This document shows positions 30,299 to 41,929 of a stretch of 64,000 nt of DNA, piece by piece. The notes under the pieces are model-generated. The model had not been told where the DNA came from. It made no database searches and saw only the letters and a program-made list of their open reading frames with translations. The DNA lies in the NCBI GenBank assembly GCA_963777505.1, contig CAVZQN010000004.1:320001-384000 (forward strand), read 5' to 3'. How positions within the stretch are numbered: the stretch's first letter is position 1; every line of letters begins with the position of its first letter. Made by a program: the position numbers and the translations under genes. Source of the DNA: an uncultured bacterium (GTDB lineage: Bacteria > Acidobacteriota > HRBIN11 > JAKEFK01).

Positions 30299-31189
30299 AT
30301 GAAATTGAATGCTCGAAGCTGGATCAGAGAACCACTATTTCACTTTCTAGTTCTGGGTGCTCTACTTTTCCTGGTTTTTCATTTTGTGAAAGGAAGCAGC
30401 CAGAAAAGTCGCGATGAAATTGTTGTCTCATCCGGTACGATCCGAACAATTGTAGAAAATTACCATCGTGTATGGCAGCGCCCTCCTACCCAGGAAGAGC
30501 TGGACAATTTGGTTCAGGATCATATTAAGGAGGAAATTTATTATCGTGAAGCATTGGCTCTCGGATTGGATCAAGACGATACAATCATCCGGCGCAGATT
30601 ACGGCAAAAAATGGAATTTCTCGCCGATGGGATTGGTGACATCAAAGAACCTACCGATCAAGAACTCCAGTCATACCTAGAAAAGCATCCGGACAAATTT
30701 CACGCCGAAAGTACTTATACATTCAGTCATGTTTATTTGAATCCGGAGCGACATTTGAATTCGATTCAAAAAGACACGGCTGAATTACTTTCAAAACTAA
30801 ATCAAGCAGGGGACTCAATCGATACGAGTCAGTTTGGTGATTCATTCATGCTTGGACACTACTTCAGCAATCAGTCTGAAAGCACCATAGCAAGGACCTT
30901 TGGAGAACAATTCGCAAGTCAATTGATACAACTTCAAACTGACAAATGGGTAGGCCCCGTCGAATCAGGTTATGGAGTTCATTTGATAAAAATAAACAAC
31001 AGGACGATAGGCCAACTTCCAGCATTGCAAGACGTTCGTAAAGAAGTTCAGCGGGAATTTATGGCGGAACAACAAAAGCAAGTATCGGAGAAATTTTTTG
31101 AATCGATTCGAAGCCGGTACAAAGTTCGAATTGAACCACTTGGGACGCCTTCCAAAAGCAATGCGGCAGCGAGCAAGACTCAACCATGA
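30299..31189 (+). CDS. PpiC/rotamase-like peptidylprolyl isomerase family protein
   Basis: REPLFHFLVLG, EEIYYREALALGLD, IIRRRLRQKMEF, WVGPVESGYGVHLI. Confidence 0.85.
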   Translation: MKLNARSWIREPLFHFLVLGALLFLVFHFVKGSSQKSRDEIVVSSGTIRTIVENYHRVWQRPPTQEELDNLVQDHIKEEIYYREALALGLDQDDTIIRRRLRQKMEFLADGIGDIKEPTDQELQSYLEKHPDKFHAESTYTFSHVYLNPERHLNSIQKDTAELLSKLNQAGDSIDTSQFGDSFMLGHYFSNQSESTIARTFGEQFASQLIQLQTDKWVGPVESGYGVHLIKINNRTIGQLPALQDVRKEVQREFMAEQQKQVSEKFFESIRSRYKVRIEPLGTPSKSNAAASKTQP

Positions 31190-32187
31190 AGCATTGTCTA
31201 TCGTTATTTGTTTTTATGTTTGCTACCACCGTGTTTGCACATGAAATGCGGCCGGCTTATTTGGAATTAAAGCAGACCAGTTCTGAAACTTATAACGTTT
31301 TGTGGAAAGTTCCAGCATTGGAAGATATGCGTTTGGGTTTATATGTTACGTTTCCGGATCGATGTACCGAAAGCACTCAACGCAGAAGTTATCAGGCAGG
31401 GGGATCATTCATAGAACGTGTTTCAATTCGATGCAAAAACGGTTTGACGGGCGGCAAGATTTTCATTGAAGGCCTGTCGGCAACGTTTACTGATGTGTTG
31501 GCCCGCGTTCAACGTAATGATGGAACAACGCAAACCGCGCGGCTCACACCTTCATCTCCGTCATTCATTGTAGAAGCAGCTCCCAATTGGAAACAAATGG
31601 CTGGAACGTATTTGCGTCTTGGGATAAAACACATTGTCCTTGGCTTTGATCATTTGTTGTTTGTATTAGGGCTTCTGATTATTGTTGGACGTCGCTGGAA
31701 GTTGATGCTCAAAACAATTACATCGTTTACCCTGGCCCACAGTTTGACGCTTGCAGCCGCAACGTTCCGAGTGATTCATGTTCCAGAAGAGCCGCTCAGT
31801 GCGGTGATTGCGTTAAGTATTTTGTTTCTTGGTTTTGAAGTCGCCCGTCTGAAACGAGGCGAGACTAGTTTTACAATTCAACATCCATGGGTTGCTGCTT
31901 TTGGTTTCGGATTGGTTCATGGGCTCGGTTTTGCCAGCGGTCTTTCTACACTCGGTCTACCATCCAGTGAAATTGCTGCAGCGTTACTGTTTTTTAATGT
32001 TGGTGTCGAGTTGGGACAAATTGCATTCGTTTTGCTCTATCTTTTATTTCTTCGTTGTCTCAAAGTTTTACAAGTTCCCGCACCTCGCTGGGCTCAATCA
32101 ATTCCAGCGTATGTAATTGGATCACTCGGGGCTTACTGGACAATCGTCTATATCACAAAATTTTTTACGTCCGGAGGTTCGATGTGA
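31186..32187 (+). CDS. HupE/UreJ family protein (long form)
   Basis: AHEMRPAYL; GIKHIVLGFDHLLF; FTLAHSLT; FGLVHGLGFA; FNVGVELGQ. Confidence 0.88.
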   Translation: MKHCLSLFVFMFATTVFAHEMRPAYLELKQTSSETYNVLWKVPALEDMRLGLYVTFPDRCTESTQRRSYQAGGSFIERVSIRCKNGLTGGKIFIEGLSATFTDVLARVQRNDGTTQTARLTPSSPSFIVEAAPNWKQMAGTYLRLGIKHIVLGFDHLLFVLGLLIIVGRRWKLMLKTITSFTLAHSLTLAAATFRVIHVPEEPLSAVIALSILFLGFEVARLKRGETSFTIQHPWVAAFGFGLVHGLGFASGLSTLGLPSSEIAAALLFFNVGVELGQIAFVLLYLLFLRCLKVLQVPAPRWAQSIPAYVIGSLGAYWTIVYITKFFTSGGSM

Positions 32188-32786
32188 TATTCCCACATTC
32201 GAATTGGAAACAGCTGCTCCTTCTTCTTGCATTGATTGCAATTCCTCGTTTTGCTTTTGCGCATGTTGAAGGTGGAAATGCTGCCGGGTTTGTTTCAGGA
32301 TTCACACATCCGATTTCAGGTTGGGATCATATTGTTGCAATGATCGCAGTTGGGTTATGGGGTGCACAATACGGTGCACCAGCAATTTGGGTTTTGCCTG
32401 TTGCGTTTCCAATGATGATGGCTTTTGGAGGTCTACTTGGCCTTATTGGAGTTCCACTGCCGGCCGTAGAAATTGGAATTGGAGCTTCCGCACTTGTGTT
32501 GGGCATAATGGTCGCTTTTGAACTGAAGCCTCCTTTATATATATGCATATTGATTGTTGCAATCTTTGCGATATTTCATGGATACGCGCACGGCGCAGAA
32601 CTAGCGCCAGGGACCAACCCGATTAGTTACAGCTTGGGCTTTGTAGTATCCACAGGATGTCTTCATGGCATTGGGATTTTGATCGGACTGATCCATCAAT
32701 GGCAGTTCGGCAGACACGCAGTACGTTTTGCCGGCGGCATCATTGCAGCCGCAGGAGCATACTTTGTTTGGAAAGCGTTACTTTAA
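32184..32786 (+). CDS. HupE/UreJ family Ni/Co permease-like protein
   Basis: AFAH, GFTHPISGWDHIVAMIAVGLW, FHGYAHGAE, TGCLHGIG; GTG overlaps upstream stop. Confidence 0.9.
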   Translation: MIFPHSNWKQLLLLLALIAIPRFAFAHVEGGNAAGFVSGFTHPISGWDHIVAMIAVGLWGAQYGAPAIWVLPVAFPMMMAFGGLLGLIGVPLPAVEIGIGASALVLGIMVAFELKPPLYICILIVAIFAIFHGYAHGAELAPGTNPISYSLGFVVSTGCLHGIGILIGLIHQWQFGRHAVRFAGGIIAAAGAYFVWKALL

Positions 32787-32802
32787 TCGACTGAGTCTGC
32801 AT

Positions 32803-32876
32803 GTAGAGGCGGGTCTTAGACCCGCCCGCCCGAAAATCTGTAGCTTTATTCGTGCGGGTCTTAGATCTTCCCCTAC
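32803..32876. repeat. GTAG REP doublet (REPIN-like)
   Basis: GTAGAGGCGGGTCTTAGACCCGCCC...GCGGGTCTTAGATCTTCCCCTAC; same core as 3606-3635. Confidence 0.7.
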
Positions 32877-32877
32877 A

Positions 32878-33444
32878 GTGATCTTTTTATTATTCTTTCA
32901 CCAAATCGCTGATGCACATCTGGTTTCAACAGGAGCAGGGCCTTTTTACGATGGTTCAGCACATTTCTTTCTAACCTATGAAGAGCTTTTACCGGTTATA
33001 GCCCTTTCTTTATTTGCTGGATTACGCGGAGCACGAAATGGAAGATGGCTCATTGCTGTACTGCCTGTTGCATGGATCGCAGGTGGATTGACCGGATTAT
33101 ACTTTCCAAAACTTGTTTTACCATCTGTACTCAATACCGTGCTGTTATTGTTAATACCCGGCGTACTCCTCGCGTTCGATTGGAATCTGCCATTCAAAGC
33201 GGTGCTAACCATCACTTCTCTTCTTATATTTTTTCTCGGCTTTTCAAATGGAATCGCTTTTTCTGAAGAAACAAGAATTCTAGGAGTTTTAGGCTCCGCC
33301 AGCGCGGCATTGATTGTTGCAGTATTTAGCGCCGCGTTAGCAATCGTATTAAGCAGCGGTTGGACACGGATTGCGATTCGTGTGGCCGGAAGCTGGCTAA
33401 CAGCCCTCGGTCTGCTTGCTCTAGGCTGGTCGCTGCGAAATTGA
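32878..33444 (+). CDS. Divergent HupE/UreJ-like membrane protein (start uncertain)
   Basis: DAHLVSTGAGPFYDGSAHFF; RIAIRVAGSW; multiple TM segments. Confidence 0.75.
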   Translation: MIFLLFFHQIADAHLVSTGAGPFYDGSAHFFLTYEELLPVIALSLFAGLRGARNGRWLIAVLPVAWIAGGLTGLYFPKLVLPSVLNTVLLLLIPGVLLAFDWNLPFKAVLTITSLLIFFLGFSNGIAFSEETRILGVLGSASAALIVAVFSAALAIVLSSGWTRIAIRVAGSWLTALGLLALGWSLRN

Positions 33445-33592
33445 TTAGCGCTAAGTTGTTACTTTGTTTCTCCCCTTCGCACTCACCATTTCTTTTTAAC
33501 ACCGTGAGTGATCTTTACACTTCAACTCCCGGGTCATTGTTCTTGTGAGCAGAGAATAAAAGTAAATTCTGAAGGGATTTCCGCGAGGTGTT

Positions 33593-33971
33593 ATGAAGTC
33601 GCTAAGTTCCTTCTTCCTCCGTTTGTGATTAACCGAACATAGAGATTGACTTAAGTTCATTGTTCATCGGTTAATTTCAGACCTGGATCCTGCGAGGATT
33701 TCGATTTTTGCGACTTCCGATAGCGGATATATCGTATTTGGTACCGGGTTCTTACACCGTTTATAGTATCGTAAAATTGGATTCTGAAGGATCGGTGTCA
33801 GGTTGTGAATCGTATTACAGGCTTCAGTTTGGCTCAACCACCAATACTCCTTTCGGCCCATTCAAGTTCGCCGCGGTCAATGTAGTATCCAATCAGTTGT
33901 CACTGAATCCGTTTGTACTTGGACTGAGTTCTGCTGTGACACAACATTTCATTACAACCATTTGTCCTTAA
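33593..33971 (+). pseudogene. Gene remnant resembling the C-terminus of the 41930-43298 propeller protein
   Basis: GAGGTG-ATG start that stops after 11 codons; later IVKLDSEGSVSGCE resembles ILKMNSEGLVPACT. Confidence 0.4.
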
Positions 33972-34209
33972 AGATTTTTACAGATTCATGAAGCCGGTGA
34001 ATATCATGCTAGCGGGAGGGCTATTAATAGGTTCGTAAATCCTGGACATTGTCGAATCATGGACTTACAAACGAAAAACAAGATACAATACTAATATCAA
34101 CCTAAAAAGGCCTTTGAACCATCCAATTAGGCTGGAAAGCAACAACAGCGTGATAATTTAACTCCTGGATGGTCATCCGTTCACACTGGAAGTTAAGGGG
34201 ACCATTAAG

Positions 34210-36864
34210 CTGAAAAAGCCAATCCTGTTTCTACCGAAATTTCTTTACTGCACCTTTTGCTTCGTTATCCTCTTGTGTAGTACATCAGCATTTGCGCAAA
34301 AACAGTTTGGAACTGCTCAGGGAACCGTCTATGATGCGGAAGGGCAGCCGATTCCAGGCGTCAGTGTAGTGGCATCCAGTGAGTTGTGGGGAAGCACAGA
34401 TGTAAATACGGATAAGAGTGGACGTTACCGGATCGACTCTTTGATCCCGGGTACCTATAAACTGGAAGCTCGGTTGGCAGGATTTGAGTCTGTGGTGAAA
34501 GAAAACGTCCGAATCTCGGTCGGTAGCGTAAGCACTGTCGACTTCGTGCTTGAGCTGGAAAAGGTTGCGGAAACTCTAACAGTTCAGAGTGAAACTCCGC
34601 TGATTGATTTCACCACGACCGCTGTCTCGTACACAATTCCACCTGAAATCATTCAGGGTCTGCCAGCCACGAGACTTCAGGTCATTACTCGCGCTTACCC
34701 CTGGTGTTGGGGATGATGGCGTTGCTTATGGAGGTTCGCCAAATACCTCCAATCGCATCTGGATTGATGGTGTAGATATAAGTAATGCTGCAAACGGAGG
34801 ACTCTTCCTCACAACACGTTATCCTTACAATTGGATTGAAGAAGTTCAGGTTGTGGGGAATGGTGCGCCGGCAGAATACGGCAATTACTCCGGCGTAATT
34901 GGAAATTTCGTGACACGCTCGGGCGGCAATCAGTTCCATGGCTTACTGGAAACATTCTTCGAGAATGAAAATCTCGTCAGCACAAATATGCCGGATCCAG
35001 GTCGGGAACTTCCGTTCAAATCATGGGATCTGGGCGCTCAAATCGGCGGCCCCATACTTCGTGATAAGCTGTGGTTCTTTTCCGGCCTTCAATATTCGTC
35101 CATACAGACCACACCCTTTGGATATGACGGGGTCACGACAGATGAATTCTCCCAACTTCATTACCAAGCTAACTTACAAGCCGAATCAAAAGAACACGAT
35201 TCAAGGATTCGGTAAATTCAGCAATGGGCGGATCGACGGAAGTGGCGCAGGCTTTGGGGTTTTGCCGGAAACGACTACTGTAGATACCTGTGATGAGAGT
35301 AGTTGGAATGCGACATGGATTTCTCTTTTGACAGCAGCGACAACATTGGAAGGTCGCTTTGGAGGTTATTGGGCGAAGTGCGATTTTCTTCCTCGGAACG
35401 GGGATGTCGCAGCACCACTTCAACATGGATACAGGCGTTTGGTCAGGAAATGCGCCCAATACCATCAGACTCCGCAGATTTCGCCCACAGGGTAATTTTG
35501 CGTTAACCCATTATGCACAGGATTATTTGGGAAATCATGAGTTCAAGTTTGGAGTACAGTTTCAAACCTCCAGCGTGCGCGATGAGCACTCCATTAACGG
35601 CGGATTTATACCTATAGTTACTATGATAGTTCGATGGCATATCCATCAATTGGCGCTTATTCCTACCTTCAGAACACGAACAAATTTAATGGTGACATTG
35701 ACCAGATCAGTCTGTATGTCCATGATACGTGGAATCTGAATGGTCACTTCGCGTTGAGTCTAGGCTTACGGTGGGATCACAACCGGGGAAGTACCGACCG
35801 CGGAGTTGTTAGTTCCACCGATCCGGTTGCACCGCGAATCGGGGCAATCTGGACGATTCGCGAGAATAAGCCGATCGTGATCAAAGCTCATTACGGTGAC
35901 TACTATGATGCTCTCCTCACCCGGCAGTTCGTTTTTTTGTCGGATCAACAGTTTGGTTATCAGTGGGATGACTTCGATAACATTACACAGCAATGGCTTA
36001 ACGAACGAATCCGCGAGCAAAATGTATATTTTTCCGCACCTGACAACAAACATCCATTTGTACGGCAGTTCACGGTTGGCATGGATCAGGAGTTGCCTGC
36101 CGGGATTGCAGCAGGCGTCCATTACATCTATCGCAAGTGGCACAACATCCTGGGAAGACGTAGAAATGAATCCCGACTACGAACCTGTTCCTTTTAGGAA
36201 TCCTGTAACCGGGGAAATCGATCACGGTTTATAGTCGGCCGGCGAGCAGTGTAAGGTACACGCTTCTGACGAATCCCGAGGGGCTTTATCGCAGGTATGA
36301 CGGATTAGAGGTCTATCTGAATCGGCGATTCCTGAATAATCTTGCGCTTTCCGCTTCTTTTGTCTATTCGAAGACCCGAGGCAATATTCCGAATTCGCGT
36401 GAGAGTTTTTTAATTCCGGTTACTACGAAATTCTAAATGATCCAAACAGCCTCATCAATTTTACAGGGCATCTCGTCAATGATCCGGCTTTTGCCTGGAA
36501 GTTTTCAGGTATATATGACCTTCCATACGGGCTGAATCTCGGCTTTTTTTTCCGGCACCAAAGCGGCGACACGTGGGAGCCGCTGGTGGACCTTATGGGA
36601 AGTTGTGAATCAGGGAGGCGTGATTTTCGGTCTTCCACGTGGCTCGTTCAGATTGCCTTCCACAAAATATACTGGACCTGCGGATCGAGAAGCAATTTGA
36701 AATGTTCAGCGGACAATTCCGTCTTACCGCTGACATCTTCAACGTAATGAATGCGGCATATGTCACCAGCGTGGAACCCGTGGTGGGGATACGATTACTA
36801 CGGTCAGCCAACTTCATTTGTCGATCCCCGCAGAATCCGACTGGGTTTGCGTTACACGTTTTAG
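34210..36864 (+). CDS. TonB-dependent receptor, Oar-like with carboxypeptidase-regulatory-like N-domain (many frameshifts)
   Basis: GTVYDAEGQPIPGV; IEEVQVVGNGAPAEYG; GGPILRDKLWFF; LSLGLRWD; LDLRIEKQF; C-terminal IRLGLRYTF. Confidence 0.85.
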
Positions 36865-36895
36865 TAGATTCACCACAGAGCCACGAATCACGGAG

Positions 36896-39787
36896 TTATT
36901 TTTTCAGCAGCGACTTCCAGTTCAGCAGGACGGTGATTTCGACCGGTGCTGTATTTTCAATCATTGTGTTGATCAGGAAGCGCTGACCGTTAGATCCAAC
37001 GAAATACTGTCTGCGGCTCACCATGGCCAGTCGTGTTGATTCTGGGCTCAGCGTGCGTTTGAAAAAGCAATCTTCCGGGTCCTGCTTCGAATGTTTGTCC
37101 AGTTTTCACTTCGGTTGCCATCAATTTTTTGTCCAGCGTCAAGTAAAAAAGTTCCTTTCCATCGCGACGCCACGTCGGCTGCTCAGCGCCTACGGTTGAG
37201 ATCTGCCACTTGCCTCCCGCCTATCGTAGGAAAACTCCTTACGTAGATCTCGGGCTGTCCTGTTTCATCCGATTCATACGCTATCCATTTCCCATCGGGA
37301 GAAAACCTCGCATTATCTTCGCGCGCACTCCGTTTCTAAGTAGGGAAAAGGTTTACGATCTCCGAAAAGAGGCACCACCCACAGATCATATTGCGTATTT
37401 GGATTGGAGCGAGTGAAAATAATGAATCTGCCATCAGCGGACCAACTCATGTTACGTACCCAGTCTGTGGTAACTTTTGGATCAAATAGAAGTTCTGCAT
37501 TGCCCGTCCCGTTCGAAAGCCTTTGATATAACTTGTCAGTGCTCTGATCAGCATAGACCACGTGGCTTCCATCCGGCGAAAACGCCGTATTACTTGTCAT
37601 CAGTAATCGCAAAGCGAACGAAAGAGCCTTTTAACAGATCAACCATCCATATTCTGCCATTCGTAAATTGTCAGCAAGCGTTTTTCGTCTGAAGACATAT
37701 CAGTAAAGTCATAAAAACCTGGATTTCCAAGGGAGAGATAGCTGATTTCCCGATCGATCAAACCAGACAGGCTGAGCATTCCATACTCGGCCGCCTCCTA
37801 CCGTAAACGAGCACATTGTTCTCTGACACGGAAAATATTGGGCCCACTACCCATGATGACTCCACATTGTCGGCAATCGGCGTCGCTTCACCGGTGAACT
37901 CAAGACGGTTAGTATTGAAGGGCTGGATCATCAATTTTTCATTAGAAACGAAAAGCCCGTATCCAGGTTCGACATATTCAACCGGTGTTGCTTCGGAGAA
38001 AAGCCGCTTCTTCTCTTTAGAGTCCAGAGAACCAACGTACAGACCTCCGAAATCAGGATCTGCTGGCTACTAATGATGTAAAAGAAGTGGCGTCCGTCCG
38101 GCAGAAAATGAGGAAAACGATGTGTTTCATCGTGCGCGAGATCGGGTTCCGTCACGGGAGTTGCTTCGCCACCGCCGGCCCGTATTCGATAAAGCCCGCC
38201 ACTCATTGTTGGGTGCAAAAAGTATTTCTCCGTATTGATTCCATGCACCGCCTTTAGGAATGTCTACTTCGTATAGAGATTGCGGCGGGCCCTGCTCCAA
38301 TTGTCAGTGTCTTTAACCTATCCTGCGCAAAGAAACCGATCGACCGGCTGTCAGGTGACCAGAACGGGAAAGATGCATCCTCTGTTCCGGGAACCTCTTC
38401 CGATTTTGTTGAATCCAGCGAGCGTAACCAAAGTTTACTCAATCCGGTGGGAGCATTCACTACGTAAGCCAACCGTCGCCCATCAGGAGAAATGGCCATG
38501 GTATTCAGGATCGAATGTTCAGGAAGTACGATCGAAAGTCTTCGCACATCGGGATTGTTCTGTGGAATGTTTTTTCCGCTGGATCGAAAAAGCAACACCG
38601 CAAGAACCAGTGTGGCTAGAAAAAAGAAAGCAGAAATAATCCATGCTGGTTGGATTGGTTTCTCTGCACGTAATGCTGCGACGGAAGAGTCCGAAGCTGA
38701 TGACAACGATTCGAGAGCAAATGCCAGATCCCTTGTGGACTGGAAACGATGGTCAGGATCTTTTTCAAGGCAACGCCGCACAATTCGTTCTAATCCAGCC
38801 GGCACTTTCGGATTGATCTGTAAGAATTCAGACGGATCTGTTTTGAGAATCGCATGCATGATTTCAATTTGAGACTCGCCACTAAAGGGACGTTTACCGG
38901 ACAGCATTTCATAAAGAACTGCTCCAAAGGCAAAAATGTCGGACCGATGATCCACCTTTAAACCGCGCACCTGTTCGGGAGACATGTAGACGATTGTTCC
39001 AACAATCGACTCCCGTATCAGTTTGGTGATTCATGATTGCCCAAGGTTGCAGACGGAGCTCAGATGACACCTCCGGATGAATTAGTTTCGCCAGTCCGAA
39101 ATCCAGAATCTTTACGCGTCCTTCCTTTGTGATGAAGATGATTTCCGGGTTTCAAATCGCGATGAATGATTCCTTTCTCGTGAGCAGCCGAAAGACCTTT
39201 TGCAATTTGCAAGCGCATAATCGATCGCTTTTCGAACCGGAAGTGGAGTGCCCCTTCAGTTTTTGGTCGTAGCACTTCACCCTGCAGTAGTTCTGATACT
39301 AAGTAAGGAGATCCGTTCTTGGATCCTGTATCATAAATCGCGACAATATTGGGATGATTGAGACATACCAACGGCGCGCGCTTCTTGTTCGAAACGTCTC
39401 ACGCGATCGGGATCCTGAGAATAGTGAGGAGGCAGTATTTTGACTCGCAACTTCTCGTCCGATCCGCGGATCGTCGCACGATATACTTCCCCCATTCCAC
39501 CAGCGCCTAGCAGGCGACAAAATCTTATACGGACCGATCGATTCACCAGGAGATAATCTGGATGCGGAGGACCTGCCAGAAATTCTGATGCTACCTGCAA
39601 CGCTGGTGAATCCGATAAGCTGTCTTCTTGCCTGTCGGAAGTCAAGCAGCGTTTCTACTTCTTTTCGTAGAGCTTCATCACCGGCGCAGGCTTCATCCAG
39701 GAACACGGCCCGTTTGTCCGGATCATCGATATCCAGTACTGCTGCCAGCAGCTCATCTATTTGTTTCCATCTCTCAGGATTCATCAT
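36896..39787 (-). CDS. Ser/Thr protein kinase with TM and PD40 propeller (many frameshifts)
   Basis: NPERWKQIDELL; LGAGGMGEVYRA; IIHRDLKP; YMSPEQVRG; SDIFAFG; ISPDG, WSPDS. Confidence 0.88.
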
Positions 39788-39788
39788 G

Positions 39789-40359
39789 TTACTTTTGCAG
39801 TTCTCGGTGAAGCCAGGCTTTTGCTTTGCGCCATTCACGGCGAATTGTGCGTGATGAAACCTTCTCGAACTACTGCGACTCTCCTCAAAATTCAGTCCGC
39901 AAAAAATTTTCATCTCAACAATGCGGCTCTTCTGTGGATCAATCTCCGCCAAGCCCTCTTAATGCGTCATCAAGCACTATGAATTCTGCTGCTTTGTCCA
40001 TGGAGACAACTGCAGTTTCGTCCAACGAAACCTTGTTACATGCTACCACCTCGTTTTCCCCGCATGCGAGTCCGCGCATGATCCACCAGAATGCGACGCA
40101 TCAGTTGAGATGCAATACCGAAGAAGTGAGCTCGATTTTGCCATCGAACATTCTTCTGATCCACAAGTTTCAGGTAGGCTTCGTTTACCAGCCCGGATGT
40201 TTGAAGTGTATGACCTGGGCTCTCATGCCGCATATGGCGTGCTGCCATTCGATGTAACTCTTGATAAACAAGCGGGATCAAACTTTTCAGTGCTTCCTCA
40301 TCGCCATTGCTCCATGCGATAAGAAATTCAGAAACTCACTTCGACGAAGTTGTTTTCAT
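39789..40359 (-). CDS. ECF sigma factor, TIGR02999-like kinase-associated type (frameshifted)
   Basis: [13 protein letters not shown]...[16 protein letters not shown]...[24 protein letters not shown]...KRGG. Confidence 0.88.
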
Positions 40360-40518
40360 GCGTTGCGGATCAGATGACAATGCAGTTCTAGCATCATTAT
40401 ACCTCGTACTTTTACCCGCGATTGAATGTTGGTATGTCCGCTTTTGCCCGCAATAGACGCGTTCATAGATGACAACTCAAAATCCGAACCAAAGTCATCC
40501 AGAAAGGAGAGCCGAGAA

Positions 40519-41915
40519 ATGAGAATACAAAATTGAATTTAGGTCATTCCAAAACATGAAAAACCATCATTTATCTCTATTGGCAATCGCTGTAACCAGC
40601 GTGATGTTGTGCTGTCTTCATCCAATTCGATGCGGCGGAGCCCAAGCGAGAGATCAATGTCAGCACAGTTGACCAGTTATATGCAGCTGTGAACAACCAC
40701 GCAAATGACGGCACCACAATCCATCTCGCGCCGGGAACATATATATTGTCGGCCACAAACTCAGAAGGCGTGGCACGACCAAGTCACGGTGCGCTTCGGT
40801 TACGTCCCGGAATGTCACTGGTGGGCTCTGAGCAGCGGACTGATTACAACTTCGATGGTGTACCCGATCCGCCGGATCCCAATGATCCGGACATTTTCGC
40901 AGTCTCTGGGACTGAGACAAAGATCGATGGGTCGTTTCTGACTTTACCAGAGAAAGTACGCACGAATTGCGCAAGCACGTCCACCAAGTTTATCGAACCA
41001 GTGATTGCAATCAATCGAGATGTTTCAATTTCATCACTGTATCTATATGGTGAAAACAACATCGCGATTGGAGAGCCAGAAAATCCTATTGATTCCGTAG
41101 AGAGTTACTCAGTAACGATCCAGAACACGGTACTCGACAGTTTTTTAATCCCCTTGACTTTCGCGAATGCTGGCTGCGAAAGGAGCCATGCGCGTTCGAC
41201 TTTGATCTTCTCTCACAACGTGCTTCGAAATGGCGGCTTTTTCGGCCTTACCTTGTTCAACTTCATCACCGGCACGGACGCTGACGACACCTCGAATGGT
41301 CCCCAAATTAACGCGACCATCTCATTTAATCTTTTCTACAACAACCCAGGCACAGCATTTGGCCCGCGAGGTGGCAATATAGGCACTGATGGCGGTTTGA
41401 CTACGGTCGCAATGACCGGCAACATATTCCGGAATAATGGCAGGAACATTTTAGGAATTGGTGGCGGTGGAGGCAGGCCTGCACTGAGCGCATCAGTCGG
41501 AAACCGCCTTCAGCTGACCTCACGTTTCGACACCTTCGGTGAATCGTCATCAGGGGATTCGAGCATAGTCTTAATAGCTGGCGCACCAAGTAATATTGAG
41601 ACGCAACATAGTCAGCTTAATGTTCGGTTCTTTAACACTAGCTTCATAAGGGACACACCGGCAAATCCCGACAGCCCGGACATCTTTATCCTGGGTGGTG
41701 AAAGCAGCTCCGACAATCATGCCTGGGTGTTGATCCGCAAAGCCACGGTAAAAACGTCAGCGGGTGCACCCACGTTTGGGACACTAACAATCCAGCACGA
41801 AACCGTCATGGGTTCCATTCCGAATACCGCGAAACTCATGGGATCCAGAGAAGATTTCTTGCGACTGAATCAAGGGTTCCATGCACCTGCGGCTAAATAC
41901 TTTGTTAAGAAATAG
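40519..41915 (+). CDS. Secreted right-handed beta-helix-like protein (frameshifted N-terminus)
   Basis: Signal-like segment from 40556; TIHLAPGTYIL; repeated N/G-rich strands (HNVLRNG, FNLFYNN, GNIFRNN). Confidence 0.65.
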
Positions 41916-41929
41916 TGAAAGGAGAACTT

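Noticed and set aside
34210-40359. Programmed frameshifting or phase variation in the TonB receptor, kinase and ECF genes
   Set aside because: Too many scattered indels with no consistent slippery motif; sequencing error is more parsimonious.
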